Positions 19,595 to 28,080 of a DNA stretch of 64,000 nucleotides are shown piece after piece; the stretch's first letter is position 1, and every line of letters begins with the position of its first letter. Under the pieces are notes generated by a model. That model was not told the DNA's origin. It did no database searches and worked only from the letters and a program-made list of their open reading frames with translations. The translations under genes and the position numbers were made by a program. This stretch comes from a virus, in IMG/VR virus record IMGVR_UViG_3300031957_002411, positions 1 to 64,000 of that record. One strand, given 5' to 3'.

Positions 19595-19597
19595 CGT

Positions 19598-19933
19598 ATG
19601 AATATGAATCATTGGAATGGAGCGGGTAGACTTACTAGAGACGCTGACTTTAGCGAAACTCAAAAAGGTACGTCAATGTCTAAATTCCGTATGGCTGTAA
19701 ACGACAGAAGGAACGATGATACCCTGTATCTAAATGTTCTATGCTTTGGCAAAATGGCTGAAGCTTTAAAAGATCATCTTAAGAGAGGTAGATTAGTAGG
19801 AGTGCAAGGAAAGATTAAGATAGACGATTATCAAGACAAAGAGGGTAATCCAAGAAATTCGGTATGCGTTATGGCAGATGAAATTTCTCTTGGACCTCAA
19901 AGTGCCTCTACGCAGGAGAAAAATGATAGTTAA
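19598..19933 (+). CDS. ssb: single-stranded DNA-binding protein
   Basis: GRLTRD, FRMAVN, FGKMAE, LKRGRLVGVQGKI OB fold. Confidence 0.88.
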   Translation: MNMNHWNGAGRLTRDADFSETQKGTSMSKFRMAVNDRRNDDTLYLNVLCFGKMAEALKDHLKRGRLVGVQGKIKIDDYQDKEGNPRNSVCVMADEISLGPQSASTQEKNDS

Positions 19934-19956
19934 CTCAATCTAATCATCCGATCTAG

Positions 19957-19997
19957 AATAGCCCGATGCGTTTATTCGTTTTCGGGCTATTTTTTTT
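19957..19997 (+). terminator. intrinsic terminator
   Basis: AATAGCCCGA/TCGGGCTATT stem followed by a T-tract. Confidence 0.8.
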
Positions 19998-20008
19998 CAA
20001 CTATACGA

Positions 20009-20036
20009 TTGACTTTGCCGATAGTAGTGTTATACT
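20009..20036 (+). promoter_or_regulatory. sigma70-type promoter (extended -10)
   Basis: TTGACT-16 nt-TATACT with TG before the -10 box. Confidence 0.6.
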
Positions 20037-20055
20037 TGAAACAAAGGAGAAAATT

Positions 20056-20511
20056 ATGAATCCACAACCAGAATTTTTAGAAGTTCTTCCGGTTACAATT
20101 GGTTTTTGCTTGATGGTTCTGTGGTTTGCTGCTAATCCTAAGAATCATTACAAATTTTCAGATAAATTTACACTCGCTGAGTGGGTAGACGAGTCGCCTA
20201 CTGAGCATCCAAAACCACCACCAGTTCCTACTGTAGATGTATCGTTGTATTGTAAAGAGAGTAAGAAGTCTACACATACAAAGAAATCTAATATTAATGC
20301 GTCTAGAAAGCCTTCAAAACAATCTAAGCCAACAAAATCTCGCAACCATAATGGTTATACAGATTTACAACAAGACTGTTTTGATGCATTGAAGTCATTA
20401 GGTATTAAAAGCGTAAAAGAAAGAAAATACATCGTAAGCAAAACTTTCAATGAACATGATCCAAAAACTATTCAAGAATTTCTTACAATTACAATGAGTA
20501 GGAGTTGCTAA
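20056..20511 (+). CDS. hypothetical single-TM protein
   Basis: AAGGAG before ATG 20056; TM segment then Pro/Lys-rich linker. Confidence 0.6.
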   Translation: MNPQPEFLEVLPVTIGFCLMVLWFAANPKNHYKFSDKFTLAEWVDESPTEHPKPPPVPTVDVSLYCKESKKSTHTKKSNINASRKPSKQSKPTKSRNHNGYTDLQQDCFDALKSLGIKSVKERKYIVSKTFNEHDPKTIQEFLTITMSRSC

Positions 20512-21047
20512 TGAATAATCTAAAGAATATGAGAACTTACTTGGCTGGAGCTATGGATAGAGTAGTTGACGGTGGTATTGGATGGAGAAATGCGATTACA
20601 CCAATGTTACAAGAATTGAGCGTCAGCGTTATAAACCCTTGTGATAAACCTATAGAATCTGCAAAAGAAGGTCCAGATACTAGAACTATAATAGAATATT
20701 ATAAACAAACTGGACAGTTTCATAAAATTAGAGAAGAATATGGACACATAAGAAATGCAGATCTAAGATGTGTCGATGTATCTGATTTTGTTATAGCTAA
20801 TATAAATATGAATGTACACATGTGTGGCTCATACGAAGAAATAGCTACAGCTAATAGACAGAAGAAACCAATTTTAGTATGGTGCGAACAAGGCAAAATG
20901 GCAGCACCTAACTGGTTGTTTTTTATGCTGCCACATGAACACATATTCAGCAGCATGGATTCAATGTTGGCTTACTTATACGATGTATCAAAATGTGAAG
21001 ATACAGGAAAATTAAAAAGATGGTTTTTCTTTAAGGAGGAAAAATGA
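20511..21047 (+). CDS. nucleoside 2-deoxyribosyltransferase-like protein
   Basis: TYLAGAM, WR, INP, DLRCVDVSDFVI, GSYEE, KPI. Confidence 0.7.
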   Translation: MNNLKNMRTYLAGAMDRVVDGGIGWRNAITPMLQELSVSVINPCDKPIESAKEGPDTRTIIEYYKQTGQFHKIREEYGHIRNADLRCVDVSDFVIANINMNVHMCGSYEEIATANRQKKPILVWCEQGKMAAPNWLFFMLPHEHIFSSMDSMLAYLYDVSKCEDTGKLKRWFFFKEEK

Positions 21048-22114
21048 TAAATGTCATAGCACCAATAAATCCTTTAGGTTATGGGATTGCTGGATTAAAT
21101 ATAACAAAACAACTGATAAATATAACTGATGTGGCACTCTGGGTCATTGGTCAAGCTCAGTTAGACAGTCAGCTAGATGCAGATGCATTGAGTAAAGCTG
21201 CAAAAAACACTGCTCTCTTTGACATTGACGCTCCATGTTTAAAAATTTGGCATCAACATGATATGGCTATGTTTGTTGGTCGTGGAGAAAGAATAGGATT
21301 TCCCATATTTGAACTGGACTCATTCAACGAAGTAGAAAAACATAACCTAAATTCACTAGATAGAATTTTCGTATGCTCACAATGGGCTAAAGACATTGTT
21401 CTGAAAGATATTAATATTAGTGAGAATAAGGTGAATGTAGTTCCTTTGGGGGTTGACAGCAATTTATTTCAACCAAGTGAATCAAAATCAACAAAAACTA
21501 TATTTTTTAACTGTGGTAAATGGGAAATCAGAAAAGGCCATGATATTTTAGTTAATATATTTAACAAGGCTTTTAATGAAGATGATGATGTGGAACTGTG
21601 GATGATGACTACAAATCCGTTTTTATCTCCAGAAGAAGACCAACAATGGAAAAATCTGTATTTAAACAGTAAATTAGGAGATAAAATTAAGTTTATTGAT
21701 AGGGTCGCTACACACAATGAAGTGTATAATATTATGCGCAGAACCGATTGTGGCATCTTCCCATCTAAAGCAGAGGGTTGGAATCTAGAATTATTGGAGA
21801 TGCTTTCTTGTGGCAAAACGGTTATTACCACTAATTACACAGCGCATACAGAATTCTGTACAGATGAAAATTCCTACTTAGTGAATATTAAAGACAAAGA
21901 ACCTGCATATGATGGAAAATGGTTCAATGGTGATACTGGGTCGTGGGCAAAGATATCTGACACAGAAATAGATTTATTTGTGGATTACATGAGAGATGTC
22001 CATAATCGTAAGTGTAATAACAAACTGGGTTTAAATGAAAATGGAGTTAAAACAGCTAAGAGTTTTAGTTGGGCTAATTCTGCCTCAACCATTAAAGAGA
22101 TAATAAATGGATAA
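21044..22114 (+). CDS. GT4 glycosyltransferase
   Basis: GKWEIRKGHD, FPSKAEGWNLELLEMLSCG. Confidence 0.88.
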   Translation: MINVIAPINPLGYGIAGLNITKQLINITDVALWVIGQAQLDSQLDADALSKAAKNTALFDIDAPCLKIWHQHDMAMFVGRGERIGFPIFELDSFNEVEKHNLNSLDRIFVCSQWAKDIVLKDINISENKVNVVPLGVDSNLFQPSESKSTKTIFFNCGKWEIRKGHDILVNIFNKAFNEDDDVELWMMTTNPFLSPEEDQQWKNLYLNSKLGDKIKFIDRVATHNEVYNIMRRTDCGIFPSKAEGWNLELLEMLSCGKTVITTNYTAHTEFCTDENSYLVNIKDKEPAYDGKWFNGDTGSWAKISDTEIDLFVDYMRDVHNRKCNNKLGLNENGVKTAKSFSWANSASTIKEIING

Positions 22115-22448
22115 TACAGAAGAAAAATTTGATGATGAAACTCTGGCAGCGATTACCTATCTAGCAAATGAAGAAGATGGCGAGATAGTAATTGATGTTG
22201 CTTTGTCAGATTATGACGAAAAATCCGCAAAAGCGTTATGTTCTATTCTAAGAGTATTGTCTAACGAAGCATCCATTCTAGAGACGATAAGCATAATCAA
22301 GGACTCTCTGATAGCAGCTGGAAAACAAGAGATGTTAATACAAATTTTGGCAGAAGTTGGAGCAATCGCAACTGACAAAGCATACAAAAAAAAGAATGAT
22401 CAAAATAATGATGACAAACCTTGCATATCTCCTTCAGATATGCTTTAA
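22107..22448 (+). CDS. hypothetical protein
   Basis: 113-aa ORF coupled to the GT4 stop. Confidence 0.6.
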   Translation: MDNTEEKFDDETLAAITYLANEEDGEIVIDVALSDYDEKSAKALCSILRVLSNEASILETISIIKDSLIAAGKQEMLIQILAEVGAIATDKAYKKKNDQNNDDKPCISPSDML

Positions 22449-22461
22449 TAAAGGAGAAAAT

Positions 22462-22884
22462 GTGTCAACTAAAAAAACCACTAAAAGAAGAATTGGATGG
22501 CAAAAGTATGAAGATTTACTAGAAAAACAAATCTCATCCCCAATGCTCAAAACTATTATACAGCAAATGATTTCATATGGTGGCAACGAGGATGAGCTTG
22601 ACGAAGCAGAAGAAGATCTTTATACTAGTACTGGGCCACAGTCTGATTTACCTTTACTTCCTATCAGTCAACAATTGATGGATGATATGGCTATGCTTTC
22701 TAATTTTGATTGTTGGATTGGTCACACAAACTTTGATATTACTAAAGACATAAAATCCAAATTGAATAAAACAGAAGGCGTAGAATTACTAAAAATTATT
22801 AGTAGGTACAGGTTTTTTGTTGGTGTTGGGCAAATGTTTGATTTTAAACAGGTTCGTAAAAATATTGAAATTAATATTATATAA
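22462..22884 (+). CDS. hypothetical protein
   Basis: AAGGAG then GTG 22462; WIGHTNFDIT, GVELL..ISRYRF. Confidence 0.65.
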   Translation: MSTKKTTKRRIGWQKYEDLLEKQISSPMLKTIIQQMISYGGNEDELDEAEEDLYTSTGPQSDLPLLPISQQLMDDMAMLSNFDCWIGHTNFDITKDIKSKLNKTEGVELLKIISRYRFFVGVGQMFDFKQVRKNIEINII

Positions 22885-22894
22885 AGGAGATTAT

Positions 22895-23377
22895 ATGAGC
22901 GATGATACTTGCATGAATACTAAAATTGAAAATGCTCTGATGGACAAGGATATTAGTAAAATAATGACCAAGGCAACAAGACCATTTTTAAATCAACTAA
23001 ATAGTGAGGATGTTTATACGTGTAAAATAAATGCATTATGGAAATCCTTTCTAAATTATGATCCTGATTTTGGTACTAAGTTTACCACCTATTTGTACAC
23101 TGGTGTGTTTATTGAGTGTTTAAAAGCTGCCAAATTCTTGGAAAAATCTAAGAGGTTTAAACAACTTCACGATGGCGTTACAGTAGAAAATAATGATTAT
23201 GAGCTATTTGTAGACATACTGGACGAGGCTGAAAACGGTCAGGAAAAGAACATGATAATTGATAAAATGTCCAAAATGACCAATAAAGAACTCAGTGCAA
23301 AATATGGTCTAGGAAAAGAAACCATGCGTAAAAAAATGAAGAAAATAACCAGCAAATTTCGTCACAAATTCACGTAA
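22895..23377 (+). CDS. compact sigma70-family sigma factor
   Basis: Region 2 ALWKSFLNYDPDFGTKFTTYL; region-4 HTH MTNKELSAKYGLGKETMR; AAGGAG RBS. Confidence 0.7.
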   Translation: MSDDTCMNTKIENALMDKDISKIMTKATRPFLNQLNSEDVYTCKINALWKSFLNYDPDFGTKFTTYLYTGVFIECLKAAKFLEKSKRFKQLHDGVTVENNDYELFVDILDEAENGQEKNMIIDKMSKMTNKELSAKYGLGKETMRKKMKKITSKFRHKFT

Positions 23378-23389
23378 TGGTGTATAATT
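23378..23389 (+). promoter_or_regulatory. putative phage-specific promoter (GTGTATA motif)
   Basis: TGGTGTATAATT directly after the sigma gene, upstream of a structural/lysis-like block. Confidence 0.45.
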
Positions 23390-23462
23390 TATTAGGAATA
23401 GGACTAAAAAGGATGAGTGGACATTGCTTTTAACACAATTACATTATATACGGAGATGATAT

Positions 23463-24134
23463 ATGTCTACTACAGCTGCAAAACAAGCTGGTGGTGCTGA
23501 AAAAGTTGATGGCGGTACAGTCGTCAATGCAGGTACTCCAGCGTCAGATAGTCCTATTACTGACACGCTAAATCCCAATGAGCTAGCTACAGGTTCTGAG
23601 TACGGCTCACAGGTTATTGCTAACGACGGTGGAGATACACCGGGGTTCACAGATCCTGCTGGCGTAACCACTGCTAAATCTGCTGGTACGGGTGGTTTGG
23701 CTTATTTTCCAACCAAAGAAGAAAGAAATTTCCTTATTAAAGGTGCTGGAGCCACTGGTGCTGGTAAAATTAATAATGATGCTTCAACGCTTCTAACCAT
23801 TCCCGGCGCACAATACGATAGCGTTGGTGTTGATGGAATTCATGAAACTGTCTCGACACGCAGAATTGGAAGTGCCTCTGATGTAGCTTTTGATGTCCTT
23901 GCTGTTCCTAGCAGCGGTGTTGTTCCGGGCAGGACCAAGGGTTCAAATGCTGGGGATGCACAAAACTTTGTACAAGCTGGCGATGGAAGCACTGCTGCCA
24001 CGGATGATGCAGGGACTCCAACAAGAGCTGTTCCGGGTGAACTTACCTATCACTTTGGTGGTCTTGGTAAGGCTACAACGGATGAGTACAAGGCTAGAGA
24101 TGCATTTGAAGACGCAACTGATACGTCTTCATAA
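23463..24134 (+). CDS. Gly/Ala/Thr-rich protein, probably virion structural
   Basis: Composition; PTRAVPGELTY; followed by a hairpin. Confidence 0.55.
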   Translation: MSTTAAKQAGGAEKVDGGTVVNAGTPASDSPITDTLNPNELATGSEYGSQVIANDGGDTPGFTDPAGVTTAKSAGTGGLAYFPTKEERNFLIKGAGATGAGKINNDASTLLTIPGAQYDSVGVDGIHETVSTRRIGSASDVAFDVLAVPSSGVVPGRTKGSNAGDAQNFVQAGDGSTAATDDAGTPTRAVPGELTYHFGGLGKATTDEYKARDAFEDATDTSS

Positions 24135-24154
24135 TTTATTTTGTTTAAGCAAAA

Positions 24155-24184
24155 AGATGCGCCCTTCAAACGAAGGGCGTGTCT
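24155..24184. terminator. stem-loop after the 23463 gene
   Basis: AGATGCGCCCTTC-AAAC-GAAGGGCGTGTCT; A-tract upstream, no + strand U-tract. Confidence 0.5.
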
Positions 24185-24207
24185 ACATTATATAAAGAGG
24201 CAAAAAA

Positions 24208-24798
24208 GTGACAGAATTAAATCCAGAAATAATAACAATTATATTTGGAGGAGTAAGCGGTGGAATTGGGCTTATTACTATATTTTGGAAGAAGTTTTTA
24301 AAGCCAATAGTAAAATTATGCAAAAATCAAGATCTTTTTATGGAGTCTGTGGCTGAAATAAAAAAAGAACTTACAACTAATGGTGGAAGTAGCCTAAAAG
24401 ATGCTATAATATCTATGGGCAAAAGTTGTGAAAGGATAGAAGAAAGACAAAAAGTTATCATACAAAGAACTAAAGCTGCCTTACACTACAGTGGCGCTGC
24501 TTTGTTTGAGACAGATGAAGACGGAAGAATGATATGGAGCAATGCTAATTTTTTCAAATATCTACCAGCGGGTGGAACGCATCTTGAAGGATTTGATTGG
24601 CTGAATATTATTCATGAAGACGAAAGAGAAGATGTCTTAAAAGAATTTATATCTTGTTTAACAATGAATAGAAGATTCTCAAGACCAGCAAAAAATTTCG
24701 ATGGACAAGAAATAAGATTTTTAGGTTATCCTTATCGTATAGACGAGGATAAACATGGAGGTTTCCTAGTAAGTGTTTCAAAAACTGAAGAGGTATAA
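24208..24798 (+). CDS. TM + coiled coil + PAS-domain protein (holin-like N-terminus)
   Basis: TM, ELTTNGGSSLKDA, PAS signature LFETDEDGRMIWSN...GFDWLNIIHEDER. Confidence 0.65.
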   Translation: MTELNPEIITIIFGGVSGGIGLITIFWKKFLKPIVKLCKNQDLFMESVAEIKKELTTNGGSSLKDAIISMGKSCERIEERQKVIIQRTKAALHYSGAALFETDEDGRMIWSNANFFKYLPAGGTHLEGFDWLNIIHEDEREDVLKEFISCLTMNRRFSRPAKNFDGQEIRFLGYPYRIDEDKHGGFLVSVSKTEEV

Positions 24799-24800
24799 AA

Positions 24801-25022
24801 ATGTCAGATAATAATAATTCACCAGCATTTAGTCTTAACGTAGCAGATGTACTTGATATTGCTAAGAACACTGCGCTAGTAGCATTGGCTGCTGGCCTTA
24901 CTTATCTTGGTGAAAATCTTGGAAATCTAGACTTGGGAAATGCGGGTGTTATGCTTGTGCCAATTGCAGCAGTTGTAATTAATACTGTTGTTAAATGGGC
25001 TAAGAATAACACATCGGAGTAA
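24801..25022 (+). CDS. small 2-TM holin-like protein
   Basis: Two hydrophobic helices, basic C-terminal region KWAKNN. Confidence 0.55.
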   Translation: MSDNNNSPAFSLNVADVLDIAKNTALVALAAGLTYLGENLGNLDLGNAGVMLVPIAAVVINTVVKWAKNNTSE

Positions 25023-25025
25023 AAA

Positions 25026-25946
25026 ATGTTTAATACACCGCGAGATATCTTGAAAGCTTACAAGGATGGTCTTGTAGGCTCATGGTGCGATCCAGAAGAT
25101 ACTGATAAACTTTTGGGAGAGTTGCCACACCCACTATTTGGTGTAGCTGCTTCTGATTTGTATAGTAGTGGCAAAGGGAAAGTTGCTTTACTCTATAAAT
25201 CTGCACAAAAATATGATCCCACCTTTGGTCCTCATGAGCGACAAACCACAGGTGACTGTGTTTCACACTCTACACGCACAGCGGTAGATGTAACTCGCTG
25301 CCACGAAATTGTTGGGGGAGACAGAGAAGATTTTGTTGCTAGAGGAGCTACAGAAGCTATTTATGGTTCTCGCGGTCATGGTGGTCAAGGAATGTCATGC
25401 TCTGTCGCTGCTAGATTTGTACATCAAAATGGTGGCATTCTAGTAAGAAAAGATTATGGATTTGTTGATTTATCTAAATATAATAGTAGAATAGGTACAA
25501 ACTGGGGAAGAAGTGGTGTACCTAAACAAGTAAAAGAAGAAGGCAAGAAACATCAAGTAAAAACTATTAGTCTTGTAAAATCTGTAGACGAAGCAAGAGA
25601 TGCTATTGCTAACGGGTATGCTTTAAGTGTCTGTAGTAATTATGGATTTTCCTCACGCCGTAGTGAACATGGTATAGCAAAAAAAAGCGGGTCTTGGAAT
25701 CACGCAATGGCATGGGTGGCGATGGACGACTCTCATGAGATATATAAGGAAACATTATTCTTAATTCAAAATAGCTGGGGAGCATTTAATAGTGGTCCCA
25801 AAAGATTTGATCAACCAGACGGATCATTTTGGATTAGAGAAAGAGATGCTGCTGGTATGCTCAATCAAAATGGAGCTTGGGCATTTAGTGACGTAGATGG
25901 CTTTCCACCACGAAAAGTAGATTGGACTATCGACGAGGTATTTTAA
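25026..25946 (+). CDS. papain-family (C1) cysteine peptidase
   Basis: QTTGDCVSH (Gln/Cys), WNHAM (His), QNSWG (Asn). Confidence 0.8.
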   Translation: MFNTPRDILKAYKDGLVGSWCDPEDTDKLLGELPHPLFGVAASDLYSSGKGKVALLYKSAQKYDPTFGPHERQTTGDCVSHSTRTAVDVTRCHEIVGGDREDFVARGATEAIYGSRGHGGQGMSCSVAARFVHQNGGILVRKDYGFVDLSKYNSRIGTNWGRSGVPKQVKEEGKKHQVKTISLVKSVDEARDAIANGYALSVCSNYGFSSRRSEHGIAKKSGSWNHAMAWVAMDDSHEIYKETLFLIQNSWGAFNSGPKRFDQPDGSFWIRERDAAGMLNQNGAWAFSDVDGFPPRKVDWTIDEVF

Positions 25947-27130
25947 TGGCTGCTATTTATCAGAGACTACAATTTAGAAGAGGGCAAGCAGGTCATTTTG
26001 CCATACACAATCCGATACTAGCTAGTGGTGAACCAGCGTTCACTATGGATACGCAAGTAATGAAGGTTGGAAATGGCTCTGACAGATGGAATGATTTGCC
26101 AGTGTTTTCTTCTGGTGTAAGCGATGCTGCTGGAGCTACATTTGCACAACTAGCGACTGTTTCTGGTATGCTAGATATAGCTTCTGGTATCGCAGTGTAT
26201 TCATCAGGCCAACAAAGTCTTGATGTAAGTAAAATTAATGCTGTTTCAGGCATTGCAAGTACTGCTTCCGGTATTTCTATATTTGCATCTGGACAAACTA
26301 TTTTATTAACAGCTTCTAGTGGAGCATTGAACACAAGCGTAGGACTACTCGAAGTATCTTCTGGTAATTTAAATACCAGCTCTGGCTTGCTCAATACAAG
26401 CGTTGGAGTGCTAGAAACTAACTCTGGCTTGCTCAATACAAGCGTAGGACTACTCGAAGTATCTTCTGGTAATTTAAATACCAGCGTTGGAGTGCTAGAA
26501 ACTAACTCTGGCTTGCTCAATACAAGCGTTGGAGTGCTAGAAACTAACTCTGGCTTGATCAATACAAGCGTTGGATTGCTTGAAGTTGCTTCTGGCGCAC
26601 TTAACACTAACCTTGGAACTGCTGAATCTGACATTATCATAGTTTCTGGTATTGCAGAAGCTGGAGGTGGCGGTGGTGCTACTGCTTCTCAACTAACTGG
26701 AGTTTCTGGAATAGCTGATACAGCTTCTGGTATTTCTGTTTTTGCTTCTGGGCAAACAATATTGCTTGCAGCAGCATCTGGCGCACTTAACACTAGCCTT
26801 GGAGTTGCTGAATCTGACATTGTTATTGTCTCAGGTATTGCAGAAGCTGGAGGTGGCGGTGGTGCTACTGCTTCTCAATTAACAGGAGTGTCTGGTATTG
26901 CTGATACTGCTTCAGGGATATCAGTGTTTGCTTCTGGTCAGACTATTTTAAATACTTCAAATAACACAATAGTATCAGGAATATCAGTACATTCTGTTAG
27001 TGGTAGTGTAACCTACAACTCAACAGCTAGTGGCAATATTAGTGGCATAAATACCATGCTTTTAGTAGATCAAGCTGCTTACAATTCACTTAACAAAGAT
27101 TCAAACACACTTTACTTTATACCGGAGTAA
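25946..27130 (+). CDS. fibre-like protein: Mtd_N/hyaluronidase-type N-domain + Ser-Gly heptad repeats
   Basis: RLQFRRG..NPILASGEPAFTMDT..MKVGNG..WNDLP; C-terminal AAYNSLNKDSNTLYFI; ATG 25946 overlaps the preceding TAA. Confidence 0.75.
   Translation: MAAIYQRLQFRRGQAGHFAIHNPILASGEPAFTMDTQVMKVGNGSDRWNDLPVFSSGVSDAAGATFAQLATVSGMLDIASGIAVYSSGQQSLDVSKINAVSGIASTASGISIFASGQTILLTASSGALNTSVGLLEVSSGNLNTSSGLLNTSVGVLETNSGLLNTSVGLLEVSSGNLNTSVGVLETNSGLLNTSVGVLETNSGLINTSVGLLEVASGALNTNLGTAESDIIIVSGIAEAGGGGGATASQLTGVSGIADTASGISVFASGQTILLAAASGALNTSLGVAESDIVIVSGIAEAGGGGGATASQLTGVSGIADTASGISVFASGQTILNTSNNTIVSGISVHSVSGSVTYNSTASGNISGINTMLLVDQAAYNSLNKDSNTLYFIPE
26330..26590 (+). repeat. in-frame ~42-bp tandem repeats (SGLLNTSVGVLETN-type units)
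   Basis: tctggcttgctcaatacaagcgttggagtgctagaaactaac at 26381 and 26507; 48-nt block at 26333 and 26438. Confidence 0.85.
26591..26948 (+). repeat. 186-bp-period tandem duplication (62 aa)
   Basis: SGALNT..G.AESDI.IVSGIAEAGGGGGATASQLTGVSGIADTASGISVFASGQTIL at 26591 and 26777. Confidence 0.85.
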
Positions 27131-27134
27131 TATA

Positions 27135-27599
27135 ATGCCAGATTACAGTAAAACACGCATACAGTTTCGCAGAGGGACTGCCGCAGAATTTGCTTCTGCT
27201 AATCCAGTGCTAGCGTCTGGAGAACCAGCATTTGCAGTAAATACTAATACCTTAAAAATAGGCGATGGAGAAACTGCTTATTCTAGTCTTTCTGCTGTTG
27301 CTGGAGGTGGAGGTGGGATTAGCAATGTTGTAGAAGATACAACTCCACAGCTTGGTGGTAATTTAGATCTTAATTCTAAAGACATAACCGGAGAAGGTGA
27401 TATACTAAGCACTGGAAGTGGTAACTTCGATCAAGGAGTTTTTGTAAGCGGTGATCCTGCTGTAAAATCTAGTGCATCGTCTGCGCTTGCTTCTGGTAGT
27501 TTGAATGTTAGTGGTGTAACTAATATGGTAATCACAGATTTAGCTGGCTACTCAGGCATAGCAGTGCCAGATGACAATACAATATATTTTATAGTCTAA
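27135..27599 (+). CDS. short paralogous fibre-like protein (Mtd_N-type N-domain)
   Basis: RIQFRRGTAA..NPVLASGEPAF..KIGDG; DTTPQLGGNLD; C-terminal DDNTIYFI. Confidence 0.75.
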   Translation: MPDYSKTRIQFRRGTAAEFASANPVLASGEPAFAVNTNTLKIGDGETAYSSLSAVAGGGGGISNVVEDTTPQLGGNLDLNSKDITGEGDILSTGSGNFDQGVFVSGDPAVKSSASSALASGSLNVSGVTNMVITDLAGYSGIAVPDDNTIYFIV

Positions 27600-27609
27600 G
27601 GGTATAAAA

Positions 27610-27729
27610 ATGTCAAATCAACAAGAAGGCAGGAAAGGGTTGTCAAACATAGCTCTTTACTATGTTGGTGATAGAAAAATAAATCAGATTAAAAAGGGAA
27701 CTAAAGTAATATACCCATCAGAAGGTTAA
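27610..27729 (+). CDS. 39-aa mini-protein (not in ORF track)
   Basis: MSNQQEGRKGLSNIALYYVGDRKINQIKKGTKVIYPSEG*; paralogue of the next ORF. Confidence 0.7.
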   Translation: MSNQQEGRKGLSNIALYYVGDRKINQIKKGTKVIYPSEG

Positions 27730-27733
27730 GAAT

Positions 27734-27838
27734 ATGGCTGGAAAGGTAAGCTTATCCGATATAGCTTCATATTATGTAGGCAATGTCGCAATAGCTAAAA
27801 TTTACAAAGGCACTAAAGTAATATATCCAGAATCGTAA
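27734..27838 (+). CDS. 34-aa mini-protein (not in ORF track)
   Basis: MAGKVSLSDIASYYVGNVAIAKIYKGTKVIYPES*. Confidence 0.7.
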   Translation: MAGKVSLSDIASYYVGNVAIAKIYKGTKVIYPES

Positions 27839-27858
27839 CTTAGTAAAGGAGAATAATA

Positions 27859-28080
27859 ATGGCAGTCGTATCAACTACAGATGTAGTAACAAATCCAAAC
27901 ACTTCTTCAGAAGCAACTAAAGAAGCAACAGTCGTAGTAACATGTCTAGCAACTGGTGAGCATAAAACTATTGATGCAACATTAGATGTTAGTCCAAGTT
28001 ACACTGTAATTGAAGCTAGACTAACTAGTAGATTTGATGACATTGCATACTATAATGCAGTAGATGGAGGCACTCCATGA
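27859..28080 (+). CDS. hypothetical protein
   Basis: AAGGAG RBS; ends VDGGTP. Confidence 0.65.
   Translation: MAVVSTTDVVTNPNTSSEATKEATVVVTCLATGEHKTIDATLDVSPSYTVIEARLTSRFDDIAYYNAVDGGTP

Noticed and set aside
25993-26640. 215-aa repetitive minus-strand ORF
   Set aside because: Explained by the in-frame repeats of the fibre gene on the + strand
26330-26948. Repeats as a CRISPR array
   Set aside because: Units are contiguous, in-frame multiples of 3 with no unique spacers
25946-27599. Diversity-generating retroelement suggested by Mtd_N-type domains
   Set aside because: No reverse transcriptase and no TR/VR pair differing at adenines in the window
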